DNA of 63,758 nt, the filler included, from Octopus bimaculoides (lineage: Eukaryota), in NCBI RefSeq assembly GCF_001194135.2. It is 5 parts of 5 records of this genome, joined end to end, with 100 filler letters (N's around TTAATTAATTAA, not from the genome) between each part and the next. Parts side by side here need not be neighbours in the genome. Positions count along the whole stretch, not along the records: positions 1 to 24,124 come from NC_069005.1; 4 more parts are not named here. One strand, 5' to 3'. Position numbers and translations under genes: made by a program. Positions within the stretch are counted from its first letter, which is position 1, and each line of letters opens with the position of its first letter. This document shows, piece after piece, positions 1 through 12,569 of this stretch. Under the pieces are notes generated by a model. It was not told where the DNA came from. It saw nothing but the letters and a program-made list of their open reading frames with translations, and did not search any database.

Positions 1-330
1 ATATATATAATACAAAATGGGGACAAGAACGCAAAACATCCAGACAGGTGATACAAGAAAGGGACAAAAAAAAAACATCCAGATAGACGATACAAAGAAA
101 ACAAGGACAGGTCATTCGGAGTTTTCTTTCATCAGTCGAGTTCCAGATTATCTTTGCAATTTCGGCTGGTTATACTCATGATTGCTCCAATTTGGCCAAC
201 CCCAAGGAAAGACTAAGCTATGAGCATCAGATTCCTTGGAAGAAAGCAGCGAATGTATACAAGGAGGGAAAAAAATGAACAATGTTACACAAATACAATA
301 AAAATAACAGGACATAACAACAAGTGTCTT
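1..330 (-). repeat. Probable Penelope-type terminal-repeat fragment; similar piece at ~12120-12260
   Basis: Both abut (TA)n, carry CTGATGA followed by cttgtcctgtttt-like text on the minus strand, and contain short internal duplications; no complete hammerhead. Confidence 0.35.
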
Positions 331-1639
331 TCATATATATATATATATATATATATACACTGAGAGGAGGTGGGTCAGTCAGGGCGGCGCCCCAAGACCC
401 ACGAGTTTAAGCGGTCCACAAGCCAGACGAGGAAAAAATACGAAGATGTACCTTCGATAAATTTAAAAGAAACGAAGAAAGTAAATGAAAGAAGCTTGTC
501 AACGAATTGCCAAGAGAGTTAAATGAAAGACAACAGAAATCAAAGAAAACGAAAATAAGAACAACGTCAACTCTGACAACAGTTACAAGAACTTCAGCAG
601 AAACGACAAGAAAAAGAGCCAATGGTGATGAAAGGTGTGGGTGTATACTTATACATACATACATACATACATACATACATACATACATACATACATGCAT
701 ACACATACTTGCACACAGAGGCCGGCGTTAGTATTTGACGAAGTTGAGAAGCTGGTCAGCTTTTACGTAGAGCTGTGGTATGTAATCTTCTTAGGTAATA
801 AAATCTAGAGGCAAAATTCTCTCCTTACCAAAAAACATAAATCATGTCAACATCCTTATAGGCACATATTCACACACATGCACGTGTGTGTGTGTGTGTG
901 TGAATGTGTGTTTGTGTGCGTGTGTGTGTGTATCTATGTATATATATATATATATATATATATGGGGATACAGATATTGTTTGCTCACTGTCACCAAGTA
1001 TCTCAATTCATTCGTTGTAACTAGTTTGTGATCGAGGTATTTTATTTTGCAACGTACTATTTTCCCCTTGAGTTTGTGATTTCAGAGAAAGGTAGGAAAT
1101 TCTTCATATTTTGCATCGTTGGTATTTTGACTTTACAGTTTGAATTGTAGAATTGTCTACCCAATCGAAACATTGCAACAGATAACAGTGAAATATAGAA
1201 TTTAAAAAAAAGGCTTTTTTGACTCAGATAAAGTCTTTGAGAACATTCACGTCTACTTTTCAAAAATATATAATTTGAAATAGTCTGCTTTTGTTTTGGA
1301 CTGAAAATTTTTTTGTATTTAATTCGTACGAGTATTTTTTAAATATTCTTTTAAAAGTTCTACCATAACTGGATATTCGTGGATATTTTAAACATAGTCG
1401 TGAAAATGATACTGTTCTTTCTCAGGAAAGCTCCAAAACAAGGAATACAAAAAATCAAACCAAGATCTTGTGTCTCCCTCAACTTCTATCATTTCTTATG
1501 AACCTGCTGAACGTTAAGAAAGCTTCCCTATACCAATTGATCATGAATATGATAATGTTCTTTCTTAGGAAAGCTTAAAAAAAGTGCAAAAGGAAAAAAT
1601 CAAGCCCAGATATTGTATCTCCCTCAACTTCCACTGTAA

Positions 1640-3681
1640 TTGGACCTGCTGAACGTTATGAAAGCTGCCTTATACCGATGGAACTTCATAATCCAGATGT
1701 GACTGTGATACCTGTTCAAAAACTGCCAAACAGGATACTGAAATTTTAGTCAAAATGGTTCCAGGCTTGTGTGCACATCAAAACAAACTAATAAACTTGG
1801 CTAAATGCTCTGATAATGCTTTCATTTTAAGAGGCTTCAAAAACTGGAGAAAGGCTCATGAAATTTGTTTCTCATGAAAAGTCAAGCACTCATAAATTTG
1901 CAACATCTAACATTCATTTCAAAAATTAACAAGAAATTACACGGTCAAACTTGAACAAAGCCAACCGTGATAATCAAAATAAAGCAAGGCATGCTTTGCT
2001 TAAGATAATATCTTCTTTGAAGTATTCAGCCAAGTGTTGGCAATTCGAGGAAAGCATATGATGAGGGCAACTTGTTAAATCTTCGACGTGAAGATGTGCA
2101 TGAGCTAAGAGTTTGATTGAACAGAAAACACAGCTTCGCCGATGCTGAAATCCAAAAATGATATTTTAAAAACAATAAGCCATACGGTTTTGAAAGGCAT
2201 AATGAAGAAAATTAACAAAAAATCTAAGCAGTTTGGAATAATTATTGAAGGTACACAAAATATTCAAGGTAAGGAACAGGAGGTCATTTGTGTTCGTTAT
2301 GTGAATAATTATTTTGAAATTGAAGATGTTTTAGGAATCTACAATATAGACAGTACAACTGGTAAATCTCTTTGTCAACTGATTCTTGATGTAATTCTAT
2401 GCCTTCAGTTACTAATTCAAACTCTTCGATGCCAGACATATGATGGTGCAGCTAATATGGCAGGTAAACATCGTGGTTGTCAAGCAGTAATAAAGAAGAT
2501 TCAGCCTCTAGCCCAATACGTGCACTGCGGTGCTCATGTTTCTCAACTTATAGCTAAGTCCGTTCAACAAGCTTCATTTATTAAAAATGTTCCCGATTTC
2601 GTGAATGAATTGGGGAAACTATACAGTACATCAGAGAAATTTAAGCACGCGTATTTATCACAATATGATGAAGAAAATGAAGTATCGTTACCACGCTCCT
2701 TAAAACCTGTGTGCCATACTCGATAGCTAACACGACTTCCTGCAGTCAAAGCCCTTCTTGAAAATTATCAGATGTCCTCATTTCTTTACAAGAGACATCA
2801 AATGTGTTTGGCACCAACATTGCATCCAGAGCTAATGGTATTCTTACGTGTCTCTCTACGGGCCAATACGTTCTTGGATTGCATGTTGTAGTTCCGTTAC
2901 TTTAACTCCTTGAAAGATTGAACAAATCTTTTCAAAGTATCACCGTCAATCTAGGTGGATTGTTGCGTAGTGTCAAACTGGTGCAGGATGAGCTAAAAAA
3001 AAATCTACGCAAGGAAGAAAAATTTCAGGAGCTGTTCAATACAGCAGAAAAAAATGATTTATCAACTCGATATTTCTTCTTTGGAGCTATCCAGGCAACT
3101 AAAACTTCCTAAAAGATACCAGGACGAAAATGCTTTAAAATATCAACACTGCACTGTTTTGGATCATTGTAGAGTGCAGTATTTGCAGGTAGTGGATACT
3201 GCAATAGCAAATTTGAAAGATTTTTTTTTTCACAGGATTTGGCAGATTGTGAAAAACTGAGCAGTATTTTACTCAACAGAAATTTTTGTGCTGAAATGAT
3301 CAGTATCCTGAGCTTGATGAATTTTCTTTAAGGAACAAAATACTTTTTTATAGAAATCATCATAGTGGATCATCTCCCGAGGATCATCGTAAAATATTTG
3401 GTAAAATGCAACCAGCAGTTCATCGCATGTTTCCATATGTTGAGCGATTGCTCAGGCTACTTTTAATGTTTCCAACCAGTTCTTGTGAAGCTGAAAGATC
3501 TTTTAGCGCTCTGCGGAGACTCAAAACTTGGCTGCGCTCGACCATGACTCGGCAAAGGTTGAATTATATTGTAATATGCCATGTTCATTGAGATGTTTAG
3601 GAAAAAATTAGTTGTGAAAAAGTGGCTAAATTGTTTATTGACGGCAATGATGCAAGATATAATACATTTGGAAAGTTCTAA
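1640..3681 (+). pseudogene. Decayed hAT-superfamily transposase (ZMYM1-like/DUF4371 type with C-terminal hAT dimerisation domain)
   Basis: Fragments in several frames: TTF-type Zn-finger region (GFKNWRKA..HEKSSTHKFA), QFGIIIEGTQNIQGKEQEVICVRYV, QTYDGAANMAG, YVHCGAH, LKPVCHTR(W) and PTSSCEAERSFSALRRLKTWLRSTMTRQRLN. Multiple stops and frameshifts; the first catalytic Asp motif is degenerate. TIRs not identified. Confidence 0.88.
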
Positions 3682-3829
3682 AAGACAATAATTTTACTTT
3701 ATATTTTTTATTTAAGCGCATATGTTTTATTATTTTTTTTATTTGATATAACAAATTCTTTTTAAGCTTATTTTTTTTATATCTGAACTTCATTTGAATA
3801 TATAAAATTTAATTAGCATAAAATTTTAC

Positions 3830-5420
3830 TTATGTGACAGGGTCCGGGGAAGGCACCATAAGCAATACGAACATGCTCCTTTTAAGATGCAGCAAATGTT
3901 GGTATTTTCAACGTAAATAAGGCAAGGATGTACATGCTGACGCATGGAAGATTCAGTCAGAATGTGTAGAGAGCACAGTATAAGAGGAGTATAAAAATAT
4001 AGAGAGAAGTAAGTATTAGAAGGCGGGGGGGGGGAAAGAATATACAAGGGAGTGAGAGGAGGGAGAAATTTAAGCAAGGTCAATTGACTGGTACTAAACA
4101 AAAGCTGTATTGGCTGAATCACAGAATTTAGTAAGGTAACTGGTATTTGAAAGAAAGATAATTTGGAGGGGAGATATTTTAGTCAGGAAGAAAAAGAAAG
4201 TGGGTATGAATAAAGCAAGATAGAATGAGGAATTTAAGTACGGTTAGTTGACTGATGGCATTCAAGGGCTTTCTGGCCGAATCACAAAACTATGTACTTG
4301 TAAGTTTAAGGAGAGAGAGGGTTGGAGAGGGAGTTGAAATAAAAAGAAAGAACAACATTTTTAAAAGGTAAAGAAAAATACGGAGAGAAGTGTTTAATTG
4401 ACAATAAAGGAATTAAACGGGAGATATATTGTTGGTTTAATATATAGTGGTATTGAGGGTGGATAAGAAGGAAAATTTATGAAGTTTAGGGGAGTGGGTT
4501 TGTAAATATTTGTATTCTGAGAATAGATTTAGTGACCGATGTTTGCAGGTGAATATTATACCGCTGCGTTCATTAAGACAATCCATGGATTGCAGAATAG
4601 CCGAGACCTCGGCTATGCAGAGATCACTCTTGTTATTATAGCTGTTGTAAAGCTTGGCGTGGGTGACTATAGACCACGAGAGAGTGTAAGGAGTTGAATC
4701 AAGCGTTAGTTTACTGATAAGTTGGATGTACTGTTGGATTTTGTTTGGAACTTGAGCTGGAGTAGTAGCTGTTCACTCTAGCTTTGAAGGTGGTGCTACA
4801 TGAGCCGATATAAATGTAGTAACAGTTGGCACAGTTGATACTGTGCACTTATAAACAATATTTTTTGTGAGACAGCCGTTATCTAAAGGACAAGAGGTTG
4901 GGCATCTGAAGTTTTGTGGGTGGTGTTCCGGATGAACTTGTGAGGGGATTGCTATTTAGTGTGGAGTTGGTGTTAGGGTTCTTATTATTGCTGGCGTTAA
5001 GATTAGTATTTGTTAAGGAGTTGAGGGTGGTGTTGCATAATATAATATTTATTGTGTCTGGTGGAATCCTCGGTGTTGTCTCTATTTTTACAGGTGTCGT
5101 TGGGCGTTGTGGTAAATTTAGGGATCGGATGTTGCTAATGGGGGCGATTTGTTTTGGGTTTATATGTATGGAGCTAGGGGTTATTTTGAGTTAATCTATT
5201 AGGGTTGAGGTTAGCTGGTTGTGGATTTCTGAGTTTCTTGTTAAGAAACCAGGTAACTCCGGCAGTGTTGGTGGTGGAGGAGTAGGACAATTTCATAGAC
5301 TGGGGGTTAAATAGTTTTCTTAGGGGGCTAGATTCGGGGAAATGTTTTTCGAGTAGGACGAAGAAGAGTTTAGGTATTCGAGTCTAAACGTTAAGGGTGA
5401 AGGAACCAAATACCATCCCA
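3830..5420 (-). mobile_element. Penelope-like retroelement 3' part: RT-thumb/linker, low-complexity insert, GIY-YIG endonuclease, 3'UTR
   Basis: Minus strand reads TRIPKLFFVLLEKHFPESSPLRKLFNPQSMKLSYSSTTN, then N/T/P-rich sequence, then CPLDNGCLTKNIVYKC...YIGSCSTTFKAR...WSIVTHAKLYNSYNNKSDLCIAEVSAI...CLNERSGIIFTCKHR, with frameshifts. Confidence 0.85.
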
Positions 5421-5436
5421 GGTTCTAGTTCATTTA

Positions 5437-5502
<66 letters not shown>

Positions 5503-5673
5503 CACATATATACATATATATGTGTGTGTATGTATGTTATATATATGTTATATATGCGTAATGTAAATATGTATATACGAATGTGATAAGTATGTGTGTA
5601 TAAGTGTGCATATGTATATGTAAGTGTGCGTATGTGTGTGTAAGTGTTAGGTAGGAAGACAGATTGAATGGTT

Positions 5674-5957
5674 TTATTTTGAAAGAATCTGAACAACAAT
5701 TGTCAGTATTAGCAATAGAAAGAGAAATGGCGTTGAACTTTTGGTGGCAGACGAAGGGAGAACAGAACAATGAGCGTTATAATTAGTGTGTTTTCTTGTA
5801 CAGGAAGAATATCCCATGGCCACTGCAAGGTAGTTTTGCTCTTTGACTCCGGTAATCAGATGAGACATCGGTCCTCGGGCATAAGCAACAACATCCTTGC
5901 CACCATGAGTTTCAGCTGCCAAAGGAACGGCACTTTGTTGTAGGTAATTTTTCAAAG
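5674..5957 (-). CDS. ALPL-like: Alkaline phosphatase terminal coding exon, copy A (C-terminal catalytic segment plus GPI-anchor-type tail)
   Basis: Translation (x)LKNYLQQSAVPLAAETHGGKDVVAYARGPMSHLITGVKEQNYLAVAMGYSSC...PFLFLLLILTIVVQILSK* matches the ALP C-terminal signature QSAVPLxxETHGGEDVxxxAxGPMAHLxxGVHEQNY. A pyrimidine-rich acceptor (tttttctctttaatcttctag|CT) gives a phase-1 start at 5957, as for the last exon of vertebrate ALPL. Hydrophobic C-terminus. Confidence 0.92.
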
Positions 5958-6806
5958 CTAGAAGATTAAAGAGAAAAAGAAAAACGAAAATTAATTAATG
6001 AATAAAAACATATAAATTATTTAACACGCATGTATACACCCACACACATACATACATACATACATACATACATACGTACATACATACATACATACACATA
6101 TTTATATATACTTATAATTTGTTTGTTGAAAGAATTAATCTTAATAGATCTAAAAACAATGCTAGACCAAGCATAATATAAATTTGTTTAAGAAAAAACT
6201 TGATTGTGCCACTGGATACATAGAAGTTGGTTAGCTCATTTCCATCTTTTCTTGTTTTATTTATTAAGGAAGGACCTTAGAGGGGATTTTTGGTCTCCTA
6301 CAGTAGGTATACGCTGGGGGATTTGGCTGGACGGTGAATGTCAATTTTCACTCATGATTGCAAGTCGACATGCTACTCGAAATGCTTTAGCACTTTTCAA
6401 GTCACCACATAATGTCTGATACTATATGTCCACGCTAATTGATATATCTCATCGTGGCGGATAGGCTATGTGTCAAAGGATCAACGTCTTTATTGCATAT
6501 TGTAGCCTCATAGCAATAAATAAAGAATTTTGAATGTCTTAATCTCAATATCCCAGAATGTATCAGGCAAATAATATACCTAAATGGACTCGTTTGCTAC
6601 TTTCAGAAATCATTTAATCTATATATATATAAACTTGGAAATATTCGCTGCGACTTTGCGTTGATGAAATGTTTCAAATTTTAATTTCTCAACGTAAACT
6701 TCTTAACAGCAAGAGGGAGAGAGGGTTATCCTGTATGCACGCCAACAAATATGTGTTTAAAAATTACAGTTAAATTAAAAGTTACTAAAATTATAAATTG
6801 ATATAA

Positions 6807-6845
<39 letters not shown>

Positions 6846-7355
6846 NNNNNNNNNNNNNNNNNNNNNNNNNNNNNNNNNNNNNNNNNNNNNNNNNNNNNNN
6901 NNNNNNNNNNNNNNNNNNNNNNNNNNNNNNNNNNNNNNNNNNNNNNNNNNNNNNNNNNNNNNNNNNNNNNNNNNNNNNNNNNNNNNNNNNNNNNNNNNNN
7001 NNNNNNNNNNNNNNNNNNNNNNNNNNNNNNNNNNNNNNNNNNNNNNNNNNNNNNNNNNNNNNNNNNNNNNNNNNNNNNNNNNNNNNNNNNNNNNNNNNNN
7101 NNNNNNNNNNNNNNNNNNNNNNNNNNNNNNNNNNNNNNNNNNNNNNNNNNNNNNNNNNNNNNNNNNNNNNNNNNNAAACATTAGAAATAACAGTGAAAAA
7201 CATTAAAACATGCGCGAGCAAATTAAATATTTAAAAGCTACGAGCAAACGAATTGCAGTTGCTAAAAGTAACAGTCAAAACAACGCTTGAAATATTTATT
7301 AGTTAACAAATCTTTATAGCGTTCTCAAATGGAATTTTTACTGTTATGAAAACAA

Positions 7356-7465
7356 TTATGGAACACGTGGTGGTTACACTCCATGTGCGTATGTGCAGCA
7401 TCTTTAGTTACTATGGAAACATAGTTCTTTGTTAACAGTTATGGAACACATGCTGGTTACACTCC
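7356..7465 (+). repeat. 27-bp direct repeat pair flanking an X-box-like motif
   Basis: ttatggaacacgtggtggttacactcc (7356-7382) vs ttatggaacacatgctggttacactcc (7439-7465). Confidence 0.85.
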
Positions 7466-8439
7466 TTGGGGATCTAGTTAGTTTTATTCCCAAAATCTGC
7501 ATTTTTTAAAAGGAAGTAAAAAAATCTGAAAATCGGTTATATTAATGCAGTTTTCCACGCTTATTCCTGAGAAACTATGAACTTGTGGAGAAAAAAAATT
7601 GACGAAAAAGGTACAGACGTTCAAAAATCAAAAACACTGTATTTTTAGCCAATAATGACAGAAATTTTCTGCGCTGTAGCGTTGTCAACTTTAAGGTTGT
7701 ACCTTGTGAAATGACCTGTTCATTGTAGGTTTTAAATAAACAGAAATACCTAATAGTGTCAACATGTATCATCTTACAGTTTCTTTTGTCTCTTCATTGA
7801 TTTCTATAGTGTTTTGTATGTTTTTATTAATTTTTTAAAAATTTGCTATATTGATATATATTTGTATGTATGTGTTTGTTTCACATTAGTTTTTACAGCT
7901 GTACTTTATGAAGCCGTTGATTTCTACGCACAGGAATCAATATGAGTTGCGTATTTCAGTATTATGTATACTTGTCATGTATATGTGTACATCCTTAATA
8001 TATATGTGCATGTAGATGTATGTATTCATATATAAGTTTATATGTACATTTACGCATTCATATATGTGTGTGTGTGTGTGAAAAATGGGCGTCTGTCTCC
8101 AAAACTCCAACGCTGAGTAATGTTCTCATGTTTGGATTTGTGAACAACGATAAAAATAATCAATGTATTACCTCACGGAAAAGGAAAAGTGGGGTGGGCA
8201 GGTTTCCTTGATTTTGTTTTTAATAATTTTTTTTTTGTTTCATACAATGGAAAATTTCCTCAAAATTTCTCTCTTTCACATCCCACCCCTTAATTATGTG
8301 CCCTTTTTTCCTTCCGTGTCATTTAGGAAATAACTATTCTGATTCATTCTGCTAGCTTCAGCTCCACAGGGTTTATTATTTCTACCTCAGCTGGACCCAA
8401 ACCTACCAATTACATTACTTGCCCACCACACGTATATCT

Positions 8440-9342
8440 TTACCTCCACATCTCAAGAAGGGGTGGAGGAGGAGCACACGACCGGGTGATTAATAAGTTC
8501 ACATCATAATCCTGACATGTTAGTGTTGAGTTCAATCCAACTCCATCACACCTTGAACAAGAATCTTTTAGCCTAGTTTTAGTTTGATCTTTTTTTTTAA
8601 TCTTCAACCCAATTTGGGTTTGAAAGAAGGGACAGTGCCCACACCCTTTATGGACATCTAGATGAGTGAGGTTAATGGTTAATGCCATTGGTGTTCCTTG
8701 TAAACTTTCGTAAACCAATATCTGTTGGAAAGATATGAGCAGGGTGGGATTTCCTGAGGGAAGGCATTTTGAGGGGGAAAAATTGAGCATAGTGATAAAT
8801 GTGAGGCCTTGTAGGAGTGGACATAAGAGGGATGATGAGAAGAAAAGAGGCAAGTGGGATGGGACCGCTTGAGAGGAGGTGACGTGAGCTCAGTTAGNNN
8901 NNNNNNNNNNNNNNNNNNNNNNNNNNNNNNNNNNNNNNGTGCCCACACCCTTTATGGACATCTAGATGAGTGAGGTTAATGGTTAATGCCATTGGTGTTC
9001 CTTGTAAACTTTCGTAAACCAATATCTGTTGGAAAGATATGAGCAGGGTGGGATTTCCTGAGGGAAGGCATTTTGAGGGGGAAAAATTGAGCATAGTGAT
9101 AAATGTGAGGCCTTGTAGGAGTGGACATAAGAGGGATGATGAGAAGAAAAGAGGCAAGTGGGATGGGACCGCTTGAGAGGAGGTGACGTGAGCTCAGTTA
9201 GCTGCAAGGAGCAGAAGCCATATAGTACAGTAGAAATGGCAGAAAGAGAGGACACAGAATGTCTGTGCATCAGAGGATGGAGCACGTCTGTGCATCAGAG
9301 GATGGAGCACGTCTGTGCATCAGAGGATGGAGCACGTCTGTG
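8440..9342 (-). mobile_element. Decayed non-LTR (CR1/L2-group-like) RT C-terminus and 3' flank; partly duplicated across an assembly gap
   Basis: PLMHRHSVSSLSAISTVLYGFCSLQLTELTSPP...HP..V...PQNAFP resembles the LxHRRxVSSLxxFYxxxxGxCSxEL RT C-terminal block; degenerate. Confidence 0.55.
9261..9342 (+). repeat. 25-bp tandem repeat, 3 copies plus a partial
   Basis: (gtctgtgcatcagaggatggagcac)x3 + gtctgtg, no spacers. Confidence 0.95.
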
Positions 9343-9889
9343 GGTGACTTAATAGTTAATCTGTCAAGTGGCCAAAGCATTGGGAGCGAAATTGGTTAAA
9401 TAGAAACTGTATAGAATCCTGCCAAATGAAGTACAACTAATTTAAAGAGCCAACCTAGTCTCACATCAAATATGTAACCAATAAGGGGGTGGGGTGGATG
9501 AAGAAACCTGTGATCCACAGCGACCCACAGTTCCCTGTCAATAGAATTATTCATCTGATATTTAGTTTAATTTTGTTTTGATGTTCCACAATTTATTCAT
9601 CGAATGGTGTATTTTTCTTAATAGTTGAGAAACATTCAGTTGAAACATTCAGTTGAAACTCTGGCTATGTCCATCATGTGTCACACTGATTCTGTCCCAG
9701 AATTGCATTAAGGCCACATATATCTATGGAATACTCAGCCAAATTACATTATTAGATCCTGGACCTGTAATTAAAAGGCCTAACCATATCACACTGGGTT
9801 GTACTGATTCTACTTATAGATTGTTGTGGGTACATGTGTGTTGTGGTATACCCAGCCAGTTATATATTAATATAATGTGTAACCAAGAC

Positions 9890-10094
9890 GTCGAGCTGGC
9901 AGAAGCGTTAGCATGCCGGGCAACATGCTTAGCGGTATTTCTTCTGTCTTTCGTTCTGAGTTCAAATTCCGCCGAGGTCGACTTTGACATTTATCGGGGT
10001 CGATAAATTAAGTACCAGTTGCGTACTGGGGTCGATATAATCGACTGGCCTCTCCCCAGAAATTTCGGGCCTTGTGCCTTGAGTAGAAAAGAAT
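9890..10094 (+). mobile_element. tRNA-derived SINE, family A
   Basis: A-box-like TGGCAGAAGCG, B-box GAGTTCAAATTCC, body ggtcgacttt...ggggtcgataaattaagtaccagtt...ctggggtcgat; about ten copies in the window. Confidence 0.85.
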
Positions 10095-10116
10095 ATGTGT
10101 AACCATAAGACTACCA

Positions 10117-10230
10117 GCTGACAGAATCATTAACACACTGGGCAAAATGCTTTACATTTTGGGTTCAAATTCCACCTAGGTTGACTTCAACTTTCATTTT
10201 TTGAGGGTTGATAAAATAAGTACTAGTTGA
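10117..10230 (+). mobile_element. SINE family A, degenerate partial copy
   Basis: gctgacagaatcattaacacactgggcaaaatgc...ggttcaaattcc...gataaaataagtactagtt. Confidence 0.65.
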
Positions 10231-11399
10231 ATGTGTAACCAGTTCGGTTGATCATACAACTGGAATGATCATCTTAGAAACAGATGAAGATCCATTTCCT
10301 TTAGTTTTTGTTTACTTATACACATCAGCAAATGAGCCAATGAGGTAATCTCTGTGTGGTTCTTCAATTTGCTAGAAATAACAGCCAAATCTCCCTCACA
10401 CTATGCTCTAACATTTTAAAAATGAAGGACACATTAAATAATGTTCTACATCTTCATTGAAAATACAGAATGGCTCATTCTGGCCTGGCCTGGGTTTAAA
10501 CTGACAGGCATTCGTTGCAATCATTGCGAGTGTGCTGCCAGTACAAATTCCCACGAACAACTTTTTTACGCATGTTGTGCCTAGATTTACTGCGCCTTTT
10601 TTTTTTTTTTTGTAGGGATAACACTCTTTTCTTGCAAATAATTTACTGCATCCATCTCTATTTTCAAAATCTCCTTCAGAGTAGTACAATTAAATGGCTT
10701 GAATGTGGATGCGGCCATTCAAAGCAACAGTAAAAACAGAAAAACATAGGAAAACTTCACGAAATATATATAAAATATATATATGAAAACTATATGAAAA
10801 ATAAATAAAATATTAAGGCAATTGGCGAGAAATATGTACAATAAAATTCTAAATGATAAATACAAATTTTTCAGAAAGTTATTTAAAAAAACCCAAAAGA
10901 GTGATATGCACAAACAAAACGTGCGAGTGAAGCAAGGTGCGTGTGAAGTGAATCCCATAGTGTGAAGAATCAACACAACGTGCGGTTGTCATGGTAACTA
11001 GCTGTTAATGCCTCGCTGTCTGCTGATTGGCTAAAATTACCCAAATTTTCCCAACTTTAATTCCAAATAACATCAGATTCTTTAATTTACGAGATAAAAT
11101 AATTAATTGAGCGTAATCAAAATTCAGAACTGCGTCGATACGCCACCATGGATATGTGTCTATTATGTATGGATGTCTCCATATGTGTCCTTGTGTGTTT
11201 GTGTGGAGTATGCGTGTGTATATGTGTGTGTTTGTCCATATTACTTATGTACCTATCTATCTACTCAGCTATCTATTTGCCTGCATTTCCATTTACCTAC
11301 CTACCTATATATATATATATATATATTCGCTTACATAACAGCCTACTAACAAATCTACCTATGTATGTATAAACTGTGGGTATTTGAGTATCACTACCT

Positions 11400-11690
11400 T
11401 CTATGTGTAACTCCTATTTAGTACAGAAGATGTTTCGTTTATGAGGACGTACTCCTGTATTTCTCTAAGTATTGGACCCTTCGGGTGCTTGGATAAAATG
11501 TGGATGTCAAGTGTGCCTCCATGTTAGACTTCGGTATGTTGGTAGAGTATAGAGGACTGTTTTCTTGTTATAATGTCTCAAATGTCTATTTAATCTCTCC
11601 GCAATGCTTCTAGATGTCTCACCAATGTAAATCATGTTCTTGTCGTTACAAGAACCCTCTATGCACCTTATATTGTAGACTACATTTCTA
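11400..11690 (-). mobile_element. Penelope-like GIY-YIG endonuclease fragment (different subfamily)
   Basis: NVVYNIRCIEGSCNDKNMIYIGETSRSIAERLNRH, then after a frameshift LDIHILSKHPKGPILREIQEYVLINETSSVLNR; abuts a (TA)n tract. Confidence 0.8.
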
Positions 11691-11769
11691 TATGCATATA
11701 TATGTATATATATATCATGGGCTCTCCTGTCGTTAGACGACGTATGAGGCTTCGGCAATCTCTTGCCGA

Positions 11770-11990
11770 ACAATCACATAGATGATTTGTGTATAGCGAT
11801 CAAATTCCCTCCATCAAAACGACATTACTTGTATAGGTGCCCCGTATACTACATGTCAAATGACAAAAATGATCGCAGAGCAACGTGAAATGAAGTGTTT
11901 TGCTCAAGAACACAACGCAACGCCTGGTGTGGGAATCGAACCCATGAACTTGCAATTGTGAATGCAATACCCTAAACACAAAGCCACACA
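11770..11990 (-). mobile_element. tRNA-derived SINE, family C
   Basis: Minus strand tgtggctttgtgtttagggt...gggttcgattccc...gcgttgtgttcttgagcaaaacacttcatttcac; related copy at 15260-15500 (+). Confidence 0.7.
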
Positions 11991-12536
11991 TATATTCTCC
12001 GAAACGGATGCGTCGCGTTCAATTAAATAATAAATACTATATATATATATACATGCATATATGGGCACAGGACGTCACCAACGGTGCAAATAATATGAAA
12101 TACGTAAACACGAGAAAAAAATGGAAAACAGGACAAGTTAACACAGAGAAATGACCTTTCATCAGTTGTCGGCTGTCGATCTACTTCTCATTTCGAGCAT
12201 TCAACGACAGTATGCTCCAATAAATTCGAGCATTCAACGACAGTTGCTCCCATAAATTCTAAAATGAAATTTAGGATTTATGAAGGGTCAAAGTTGAGAA
12301 CAAAAAAATTATAGTGGACACATACAAGGAAACCGAACGGAAATGAACTTGGTGGGTCGTTAGACCAGAACGAGAGGAAAATAGTGAACGCTGGGAGAAA
12401 CATTTTTTGAAAAGAGAAAAGATAGGAGAGATGTATGTATGTATATAAAGATGTGTGTGTGTATGTGTGTGTGTATATATATACTTATACATGTATATAT
12501 ATTATAATGTATACATATATAAACATACACATGCAC

Positions 12537-12569
<33 letters not shown>

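Noticed and set aside
100-200. CTGATGA on - (also ~12150-12170) as a hammerhead
   Set aside because: The core is followed by GAAT or lacks GAAA, and stems I and II do not pair; at most a decayed remnant.
3930-3970. ACATTCT...GCGTC AGCATGT hairpin at the end of the first PLE as a hammerhead
   Set aside because: The catalytic core (CUGANGA, GAAA) is not present.
9261-9342. Short direct repeats as a CRISPR array
   Set aside because: No spacers, eukaryotic context.
9890-9975. SINE heads as tRNA genes
   Set aside because: They have A/B boxes but no cloverleaf, and continue into SINE bodies.
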